Of a stretch of DNA of 64,000 bases, positions 37,802 to 44,588 are shown one piece after another. The stretch lies in assembly GCA_003278145.1 (NCBI GenBank), contig QCGV01000001.1, positions 11,616 through 75,615 of the forward strand. The letters run 5' to 3'. The DNA is from OCS116 cluster bacterium AG-390-A19. Its GTDB lineage: Bacteria > Pseudomonadota > Alphaproteobacteria > MED-G09. Below the pieces are notes generated by a model. That model was not told where the DNA came from. It ran no database searches and saw only the letters and a list, made by a program, of their open reading frames with translations. Position numbers and translations under genes: made by a program. How positions within the stretch are numbered: the first letter of the stretch is position 1; each line of letters opens with the position of its first letter.

Positions 37802-37829
37802 AAAAAGGAACCCGCTAAGGTTCCTTTTT
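37802..37829. terminator. bidirectional rho-independent terminator (AAAAAGGAACC-CGCTAA-GGTTCCTTTTT)
   Basis: 11-bp stem. It gives U5 on the plus strand (after dcp) and U8 on the minus strand (after the RNA candidate). Confidence 0.8.
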
Positions 37830-38093
37830 AATACCTAATCGCCCTCGATTAAGCATGCCACCCGCTCTTCTTTTAAAAACTTCTTCCCAATCCACCCCCG
37901 AGGGGACTTCTTGGTCTTCCGTTTCATGAGACTTCCTACCTTTCACTCCCCGAAGGGACTTCCTGATTATCTTTCTCATCAGAAGTGGCTACCTTCCGAG
38001 TATCGCTACTCTTCTTCTCACCATGACCCGATGACCAATCGGCTCTCACTGCGGTCTGACACCCGCCCAACGATAGCTGGTCATCGCTACCGT
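37830..38093 (-). ncRNA. unassigned structured RNA candidate (about 290 nt including the terminator)
   Basis: 51% G+C (123/240 in 37861-38100, hand count) in a genome of about 30% G+C. It has its own promoter and terminator on the minus strand. Several helices are readable by eye, including a cUUCGg hairpin that exists only in minus-strand sense. No conserved core of RNase P, tmRNA, SRP or 6S was recognised. Confidence 0.55.
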
Positions 38094-38097
38094 CGAT

Positions 38098-38126
38098 ATT
38101 ATAGAAACATGTAAATTGAATCTAAA
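38098..38126 (-). promoter_or_regulatory. sigma-70-type promoter TTTAGA-17 nt-TATAAT for the RNA candidate
   Basis: The minus strand reads -35 TTTAGA (38126-38121), a 17-nt spacer, and a perfect -10 TATAAT (38103-38098). The predicted start is near 38091-38094. Confidence 0.45.
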
Positions 38127-38145
38127 CAACTGTAATTAAACGGAA

Positions 38146-38180
38146 TTCTGTGGATAACTTTATTTTTCTGTGGATAACTT
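38146..38180 (-). promoter_or_regulatory. two perfect DnaA boxes (TTATCCACA) in direct repeat
   Basis: The plus strand has TGTGGATAA at 38149-38157 and 38169-38177 (20-bp phasing), embedded in a 15-nt direct repeat TTCTGTGGATAACTT (38146-38160, 38166-38180). Confidence 0.6.
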
Positions 38181-38189
38181 GAATTATTG

Positions 38190-38266
38190 TGGTACAGCCA
38201 CTTAGATTTGAACTAAGGACCTCCTGGTCCACAACCAGGCGCTCTAACCAACTGAGCTATGGCTGC
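38190..38266 (-). tRNA. tRNA-His (GUG), A73 / G1:U72 type, CCA encoded
   Basis: Cloverleaf: acceptor GCAGCCA/TGGCTGT, D arm GCTC-AGTTGGTTA-GAGC, anticodon arm CCTGG-TTGTGGA-CCAGG, T arm CTTAG-TTCAAAT-CTAAG, discriminator A, then CCA. Confidence 0.95.
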
Positions 38267-38320
38267 CCACAATTATATGTATCTATCATTATTATTAATA
38301 TTTCAATAGTCTTTTAACTA

Positions 38321-39118
38321 TTAAATTGGTTTTTTGAAAAGAAGTGTCATTCTATCGCTTTCACCAATTTGTCGATATTTTTCTTTATCTCCATCTTTTA
38401 AATAAAGAGAGGGTGGAAGCGTCCAAACTCCATTAGGATGATCTTTAGTATCTCTTACATTGGCATTGATTTCAGACTTTTTTGATAAAATGAAACCAGC
38501 TTCTTCTGCTAAATTTATGGTAAGCTCCTCGGTTACATAACCACTTTTTTTCATCTCTTTAATTGAAATACCAGAATTAGCTCTATGCTCTACTACACCT
38601 AAAATACCTCCAGGTTTAAGGGCGGCATAGGATTGTTCAAATACTTTTTTTACTCCACTTCCATCTTCACCAAGCCAATTATGAACATTTCTAAATGTAA
38701 GGACAGCATCAACCGTTTCATTTTCAGCAAGCTTACCAAATAGATCAACAATTTTTACTTTTTCAAAAATACTTTTACTCTTAAGTTTAGCCTCATAGGC
38801 TTCTCTCGATCTTTTTGCATAATCGCTTAAAGATGCACTGTAGGGTGCAGTAATTAACTCGCCTTCATCGTACATGTAAATTGCAAGAATTTCTGTGTAC
38901 CAGCCTCCTCCGGGTGATAATTCTACAACTGTCATCTCGGGCTCTATTTCAAAGAATTTGAGTGTTTCATATGGATGTCGAAATTTATCTCTTTCAACAT
39001 TTTCTTTTGATCTTTCCTCACTATTTACTGATTGTTCAAGATTATGCGCTTGAATTGAGAAAGAATTAAAAAGAATAAAAATAAGAATAAAAATTGAGAT
39101 AAATTTTTTCATAACCAA
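38321..39118 (-). CDS. class I SAM-dependent methyltransferase with N-terminal signal peptide
   Basis: 265 aa with signal-like MKKFISIFILIFILFNSFSIQA-HN and methyltransferase motif I VVELSPGGGWYT. Confidence 0.8.
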   Translation of the reverse strand: MVMKKFISIFILIFILFNSFSIQAHNLEQSVNSEERSKENVERDKFRHPYETLKFFEIEPEMTVVELSPGGGWYTEILAIYMYDEGELITAPYSASLSDYAKRSREAYEAKLKSKSIFEKVKIVDLFGKLAENETVDAVLTFRNVHNWLGEDGSGVKKVFEQSYAALKPGGILGVVEHRANSGISIKEMKKSGYVTEELTINLAEEAGFILSKKSEINANVRDTKDHPNGVWTLPPSLYLKDGDKEKYRQIGESDRMTLLFKKPI

Positions 39119-39243
39119 GTCCTTTATTGTCTAATAATTAGATTATAGATAATTAATAATATTAAAACATTTTTAAAAAATTTCTTTTCATTAGATTTTA
39201 TATATTTATTGTAAGTACTTCTTATTTTAAGTCGGGGATAAAG

Positions 39244-40470
39244 TTGTTTAAATCATTTCATGGATGGAGAATTGTAGCCAGCTCTGGTTTTATCAACATG
39301 TTTTCAGTTGGCATTCCTTTTTATGCCTATTCTATATTTTACATACATCTTCAAAATGAGTTTAATGCTGGAAGATTTTTAATATCGAGCACCTTATCTA
39401 TCATGATTATTGCTGCTGGAGTATTTGCTCCAATTTGTGGTCAACTAGTAGATAAATTTTCTCTTAAAAATCTTCTATCTATTGGAGCAATAATCTTTGG
39501 TATTGGGTTAATATTGCTTGGTTTCTGTCAAACCTATTATCAATTTCTAATTGTTTATGGATCAATAGTTGCTCTAGGGATGACATTATTTGGTAATCTA
39601 GCGACATCTAAATTAATCTCAAATTGGTTTAAAAAGAAAATTGGCTCTGCCATAGGTTATGCTACCTTGGGTATTTCTTTATCGGGAGTTTTTATTCCTC
39701 CTATTTCTGTCTATTTGATCAGTTTATATGGATGGAGAGCTACTTATATAATTTTTGGTATTTTTCTAATTGTTTTTTTCGTACCTTTCTGCCGTTATTT
39801 AATTGTTAATAAACCCTCTGATATTAACCAAAATGTTGATAACGAAAAATTATCTGAGGAAATTGATAATAGCGTTACTGATAAAATGATGAATATTGTC
39901 GATATACTAAGAGTTCCTACTTTTTGGATTTTAATATTAATTTTTAGTCTGCAGTTTTGTGCAAATCTTGGTGTTTATAGTCATATTTTCCCCTATGCAA
40001 CGGATTTAGGCTTTAATGCAAGCAAGGCTGGTCTTGCTGTTTCCGTCGGAGCGTTAGGCGCAGCTTTAGGAAAAATTGTTTTTGGTAAGCTTATAGATAT
40101 GATTTCTGCAAAGAAAACCTTATGGGTATCGGTATCAATTCAAGGTTTTGGGATAATTTTGGTTTCTCTCTTTTCAAGCTACTATCCTTTATTGATTTCA
40201 ATTTTTATAATGAGTTTAGGTCTTGGCGGAAGCGTTCCATTAATGAATATCCTTTTTTCAAAAACTTTTTCCCCTATAAATTTTGGTAAAGCGCTGGGTA
40301 TAGCGGTACCATTTATGGTTCCTATACAAGTTATTGGAGGTCCTCTATCAGGATGGTTATATGATATTAATGGAAATTATGATTTAGCTTTTTATTTAAA
40401 TACTGGTGTTTGTTTTTTAGCTTTTATCTTTGTTTTCTTTTTGAATATTCCAGATAACAAACAGAGTTGA
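39244..40470 (+). CDS. MFS transporter
   Basis: 408 aa with TTG start and 12 TM segments. Confidence 0.8.
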   Translation: MFKSFHGWRIVASSGFINMFSVGIPFYAYSIFYIHLQNEFNAGRFLISSTLSIMIIAAGVFAPICGQLVDKFSLKNLLSIGAIIFGIGLILLGFCQTYYQFLIVYGSIVALGMTLFGNLATSKLISNWFKKKIGSAIGYATLGISLSGVFIPPISVYLISLYGWRATYIIFGIFLIVFFVPFCRYLIVNKPSDINQNVDNEKLSEEIDNSVTDKMMNIVDILRVPTFWILILIFSLQFCANLGVYSHIFPYATDLGFNASKAGLAVSVGALGAALGKIVFGKLIDMISAKKTLWVSVSIQGFGIILVSLFSSYYPLLISIFIMSLGLGGSVPLMNILFSKTFSPINFGKALGIAVPFMVPIQVIGGPLSGWLYDINGNYDLAFYLNTGVCFLAFIFVFFLNIPDNKQS

Positions 40471-40527
40471 AAATTTATAAATATTAAAGCAAACTAAATA
40501 AAGTTAATATAAACTAGGGGATGAAAA

Positions 40528-41331
40528 ATGGGTAATAAGCATTTAAATGATAAAGTAACTCTAATTTTAGGAGCTGCAGGAAAAGATAATATGGGTCAAG
40601 TAATGGCTCGTCGTTTTGCAAAAGAGGGAGCAAAGTTAGTTCTTGCTGGAAGAAATGAGGATTCTCTTAAGGAAATTTCTGAAGAAACAGGTGGATCTTA
40701 TGTTTTATGCGATATCACAAAAAAAGAGGAAATAGACTCAATGGTTGATGAGGTGGTAAATCGTCATGGTATCTTACATTCAGCAATTCAAGCAACTGGC
40801 TGGGGTTATTTATCCCCTTTCTTAGAAAGTAAAGAAGAAGATCTCGTAAAAATAATGAATCTTCAGTTCAAAGGCCCGTATCAGTTTTTTCAGGCTTGCA
40901 TTCCTGCTATGACCGAGGGAGGTTCAATTATTCAAATATCATCTGCAACAGCAACAATTATGTTAGATAATCATGCTGCCTACATGGGTACAAAAGCTGG
41001 TATTGATCATGTTATAAGAACTGTAGCTAATGAGTTTGGTGAACGAGGTATAAGAGCTAATTCAATTTCACCTGGATTGACTGCCTCGCCTATGACAAAA
41101 GATGCAATGGCTGCACCAGGTTTAGAGGAGGCATTTTTAAGAGAATATCCTCTAGGAAGAATAGGAACATCTGAGGATATTGCAGCGATGGCAGTTTTCT
41201 TATGTAGCGATGAGTGTTTCCTCTCTGGTCAAAATCTTCAAGTAAATGGAGGTCTAACATTAAGAAGAAATCCAAGAAGCGCTGATATTGATGCATCCGT
41301 AGCTCAAGCAATGGCAAAACTTGAAAATTAA
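40528..41331 (+). CDS. SDR family oxidoreductase
   Basis: 267 aa with an atypical glycine motif GAAGKDNMG and the S...YMGTK catalytic region. Confidence 0.88.
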   Translation: MGNKHLNDKVTLILGAAGKDNMGQVMARRFAKEGAKLVLAGRNEDSLKEISEETGGSYVLCDITKKEEIDSMVDEVVNRHGILHSAIQATGWGYLSPFLESKEEDLVKIMNLQFKGPYQFFQACIPAMTEGGSIIQISSATATIMLDNHAAYMGTKAGIDHVIRTVANEFGERGIRANSISPGLTASPMTKDAMAAPGLEEAFLREYPLGRIGTSEDIAAMAVFLCSDECFLSGQNLQVNGGLTLRRNPRSADIDASVAQAMAKLEN

Positions 41332-41356
41332 ATTTTAGTTACAAAGGGTAAGTAAA

Positions 41357-41548
41357 TTGAAAAAAGGAATTAACAAGCAATCGGATGAGGTAACTGATTT
41401 GCAAATTGGTCCAACTAATCGTGGCATGGTTAGAATATATGTAACTTCAAACAATATTGACCTTCCAATGGATTTTTCTCCTGAAGAAGCAAGAAGTATT
41501 GCGGACGAATTAAATGCATCAGCACTATTGGCTGAAAAAGCTGTTTAA
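41357..41548 (+). CDS. hypothetical small protein (63 aa)
   Basis: TTG start after AAAGGG. Its stop lies 2 nt before the GPH transporter start, so it is probably co-translated. No family was recognised. Confidence 0.5.
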   Translation: MKKGINKQSDEVTDLQIGPTNRGMVRIYVTSNNIDLPMDFSPEEARSIADELNASALLAEKAV

Positions 41549-41550
41549 AA

Positions 41551-42951
41551 ATGGAAAATAATAGAAACTTCCTTTTTTATGGGATTGGTTCAGTTGCTTT
41601 TGGAATAAAAGGAAATGCCTTTTCTTGGTTTTTATTTTTCTATTACAATATGGTTATTGGTTTACCTGCATGGATGGCCTCTCTTGCATTAGCTATTGCA
41701 ACTATATGGGATGCTATTTCTGATTTAATTATTGGTTATTCTTCCGATCATACTAAATCCCGTTTAGGAAGAAGACATCCATATATGTATGCCGCTCTAA
41801 TACCTGTCCCAATTTTTTTCGTTTTACTATGGAATCCACCTACATTTGATACAGATTTTAATCTTTTTTTATATCTTCTTATTATGGCTATTCTAGTTAG
41901 AACATTTACAACATTATTTGAAATACCCAATCAAAGCCTTGGTCCAGAGATTACTAGAGAATATCATGAGAGAACTAAAATGATGTCTTTGCGTTATTTC
42001 TTTGGCTGGATGGGCGGTACAGTAATGACTATTTTAATGTATTTTGTATTTTTAAAACCTACTGCTGAATATCCAAATGGTCAGTTAAACCCAGAGGGTT
42101 ATCAAATATATGGAATTGTAGCCGCAATTATTATGTTGGTGGCTATGATTATTTCATCAAGAGGTTTAAATCATTTAATACCAAACTTATCTAAGCCAGC
42201 AGCTAATAATAATTTTAGTGAAATTAAAGATGAGCTTAAGAGTACTCTTTTAAATAAGTCTTTTTTAGTATTGTTTATTGGTGGAATTTTTGCTGGAATG
42301 GCTGCTGGATTTTCATCAGCTCTAAATATTTATTTTAACACATTCTTTTGGGGTTTTAGCACTTTTCAAATTGGTATTGTTTCTTTTGTAGCTGTGGTGC
42401 CTGGTATTATTTGTTCTATGATAATTGCAAGGGTCTTATCAAAAAGTATAGGTAAGAAAAAAGCTGCAATAATTTGCGGTAGCATAGCTTTAGCACTAAC
42501 TCCAGTACCTTACGCTTTAAGAATTTTTGAATTGGCGCCAAGCTTTGGATCTAATGGATTATTATTTATGATGAGTACATATTACTTTATAGAAGTTTCA
42601 ACTGGAGTTGCTGTTACAATTCTAGTCTCATCTATGGTATCGGATATTGTTGAAGATTCAGAGTTAACAACTAAAAAACGTTCAGAAGGTATCTTTTTTT
42701 CAGCGCAAGGTTTTTCAGCAAAAGCCGTATCGGGGGTTGGAATTTTTCTTGCAGGCCTTATTACGACTCTTGCTGGATTACCCACTGATGCAAAACCAGG
42801 AGCAATAGATGACAATATATTAATAAATGTAGCATTATTTTTTGTACCCATTTATATGATTTTATATTTATTTTCGATTTATTTTTTTAGTTTGTATAAA
42901 ATTGATCAAGATGCTCATGAGAGTAATCTTGCATCAATAAATAAAAGATAA
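41551..42951 (+). CDS. MFS/GPH (glycoside-pentoside-hexuronide:cation symporter) family transporter
   Basis: 466 aa with the GPH signature WDAISDLIIGYSSDHTKSRLGRRHPYM. Confidence 0.8.
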   Translation: MENNRNFLFYGIGSVAFGIKGNAFSWFLFFYYNMVIGLPAWMASLALAIATIWDAISDLIIGYSSDHTKSRLGRRHPYMYAALIPVPIFFVLLWNPPTFDTDFNLFLYLLIMAILVRTFTTLFEIPNQSLGPEITREYHERTKMMSLRYFFGWMGGTVMTILMYFVFLKPTAEYPNGQLNPEGYQIYGIVAAIIMLVAMIISSRGLNHLIPNLSKPAANNNFSEIKDELKSTLLNKSFLVLFIGGIFAGMAAGFSSALNIYFNTFFWGFSTFQIGIVSFVAVVPGIICSMIIARVLSKSIGKKKAAIICGSIALALTPVPYALRIFELAPSFGSNGLLFMMSTYYFIEVSTGVAVTILVSSMVSDIVEDSELTTKKRSEGIFFSAQGFSAKAVSGVGIFLAGLITTLAGLPTDAKPGAIDDNILINVALFFVPIYMILYLFSIYFFSLYKIDQDAHESNLASINKR

Positions 42952-42970
42952 TTTTAGAAAGAGGAAGACT

Positions 42971-44149
42971 ATGATAAATTTTGATAGAAAAAATGTAATT
43001 CAAGAGATTGCTGATAGTTATGTAAATAGATCATTATTCAGTGGTATTGAATGGGTTGCAGAAAAATCAGGAAAAATGGTCCTATCTGGTAAGTCAGGAT
43101 ATCAAAACTTTGAACAAAAAAAATCTATTCCTGAAAATGCTATTTATAGAATTTATTCAATGACAAAGCCTATTACTTCCGTGATGGCGCTAAAGCTTAT
43201 TGAAAGAGGTAAACTTAGATTATATGATCCTGTTTCTTCTTTCATACCCCCTTTTGAAAAACTCAAGGTAATGAATCCCGATGGCTCTCTTGAGGAGTTG
43301 AATAGACCAATGATTATTGAAGATCTTTTGACTCATCGAAGTGGTTTTACATATGATTTTTTAATGGGGTGTCATGTCGCCCCTTTATACAGTGAGAGAG
43401 ATATTTCAGATAATGGTAATAAAAGTTTAGAAGAGAAATGTGAAATTTTATCTGAGCTTCCTCTAGCATATCAACCTGGTTCAAGATTTAATTATTCTGT
43501 ATCCCTTGATGTATTGGCTAGGGTGATTGAGATTGTAAATGAAAAAGACTTTGGTGATACTCTTAAAGAAGAAATTTTTAAACCACTTAATATGAAAGAT
43601 ACTGGTTTTGGGGTTGATGAGAAAAATTTATCAAGACTTATGTCTACTTATGGAGCATCTAATTTTAAAGAAATTATGAATGTTGGACCTCATAAACTGG
43701 AGGAGACAGATGTGAGTGCTCATAATCCCTATGATAGTGAAACATTTAGAAGAGGTGGCACTGGTTTATTCTCGACATCAGAAGATTATCTGTCATTTGC
43801 TAGAATGTTGTTATCAGGTAAATCTAAAAGTGGTGAAACTTTATTATCAAGAAATATGGTTGAATTTATGAAAATTAATCGAATTCCCAATACTCAACTT
43901 CCTTTGATGTTAGGTCCTTTACCATTGGTAGGCTATGGTTGGAATTTGATAGGAAGAACTATGTTGGATAGGGGTCAAATGATGTCCCAAACTGGAAAAA
44001 ATGAATTTGGTTGGGCTGGAGCTGCTTCAACATATTTCTGGGTTGATCCTGATGAGGAACTTATAGGCATTATTATGACTCAATATTTAGGATCAATGTG
44101 GCCTATAAACGATGACTTAAGAGTGGCTATGTATCAGGCTATTGAATAA
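42971..44149 (+). CDS. serine hydrolase (beta-lactamase family)
   Basis: 392 aa with the SxxK motif YSMTKPITS, and no signal peptide. Confidence 0.85.
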   Translation: MINFDRKNVIQEIADSYVNRSLFSGIEWVAEKSGKMVLSGKSGYQNFEQKKSIPENAIYRIYSMTKPITSVMALKLIERGKLRLYDPVSSFIPPFEKLKVMNPDGSLEELNRPMIIEDLLTHRSGFTYDFLMGCHVAPLYSERDISDNGNKSLEEKCEILSELPLAYQPGSRFNYSVSLDVLARVIEIVNEKDFGDTLKEEIFKPLNMKDTGFGVDEKNLSRLMSTYGASNFKEIMNVGPHKLEETDVSAHNPYDSETFRRGGTGLFSTSEDYLSFARMLLSGKSKSGETLLSRNMVEFMKINRIPNTQLPLMLGPLPLVGYGWNLIGRTMLDRGQMMSQTGKNEFGWAGAASTYFWVDPDEELIGIIMTQYLGSMWPINDDLRVAMYQAIE

Positions 44150-44150
44150 A

Positions 44151-44537
44151 TTATATTTTTGATTTGATGAAAAAGATAAGTGCCATTACGTACTCAATAC
44201 CGGCGTAAATAACTCTTTTTTCTTCAAGACCTTCAAAATAAGGTAAAAAACCAACTGATCTTCCAACGGCAAGCCCTAACATTAGAAGACTAAAAACACT
44301 AAACCAGCTTCTTCGTGTATCAGGCTGATGAGTTGCAAGAAGTATACCAAGACCCATAAACGAGAACATCCCAGCAAGAGCTCTTATTTCACTTGCACCA
44401 GCTTCGCTTTGTATAACAACATTGAGACTTACAATATCATTCTTTGCAAAAATATTTGGATCATATACACCCACCAAACCAAGGATGAGCCACATAGCGC
44501 CAAGACTATAACAAAGAATATTAATAATAAATTTCAT
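44151..44537 (-). CDS. hypothetical membrane protein (4 TM)
   Basis: 128 aa, hydrophobic. Confidence 0.6.
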   Translation of the reverse strand: MKFIINILCYSLGAMWLILGLVGVYDPNIFAKNDIVSLNVVIQSEAGASEIRALAGMFSFMGLGILLATHQPDTRRSWFSVFSLLMLGLAVGRSVGFLPYFEGLEEKRVIYAGIEYVMALIFFIKSKI

Positions 44538-44588
44538 AATTATAAAATAAACTAATTTAGCTTAAATAAAAAGATTATTAGAAAATAT

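Noticed and set aside
37921-37982. Hammerhead-ribozyme-like words CUGAUGAG (minus strand, 37982-37975) and GAAAC (37925-37921).
   Set aside because: The sequence between them cannot form a stem II that opens directly after CUGAUGA and closes before GAAA. Instead AUGAGA pairs with UCUCAU and consumes core nucleotides, and no stem I/III with a cleavage triplet is apparent.
37802-38093. Tried to identify the RNA candidate as RNase P RNA, tmRNA (including the permuted two-piece alphaproteobacterial form), SRP/4.5S RNA, 6S RNA, or a 23S rRNA fragment.
   Set aside because: Only short look-alikes were found. AGGAAGUC resembles the P4 GAGGAAAGUCC. CGGAAGGUAGCC resembles the SRP CCGGAAGGAAGCAGCC. AUCGACGG resembles the tmRNA UUCGACGG. 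There are also two 11-mers that I remember from E. coli 23S rRNA (GGGGAGUGAAA, GGAAGACCAAG). None has the required pairing partners, order or spacing: no P4 3' strand, no T-arm/CCA, no tag frame ending in a hydrophobic ..AA, no closing 5'/3' helix. The 23S-like words are not collinear. The question needs a covariance-model search to settle it.
37911-38114. The 67-aa plus-strand track ORF (MVFRFMRLPTFHSPKG...) and a 54-aa minus-strand ORF (MRKIIRKSLRGVKGRKSHETEDQEVPSG...) inside the GC-rich island.
   Set aside because: Their composition (about 51% G+C; Arg/Pro/Ser/His-rich or Arg/Gly-rich) is unlike every credible gene in the window. Neither has an RBS. The minus ORF runs into the terminator hairpin. 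The region is full of stable helices with UUCG/CUCG loops. RNA is the better explanation, though coding was not formally excluded.
38146-38180. The two DnaA boxes as the chromosomal replication origin.
   Set aside because: There are only two boxes within about 35 bp, squeezed between a tRNA and a promoter. There is no cluster of additional boxes, no hemE/dnaA/parAB-type context, and no room for an unwinding element distinct from the generally AT-rich background. A regulatory or titration role seems more likely, and a genome-wide scan is needed.
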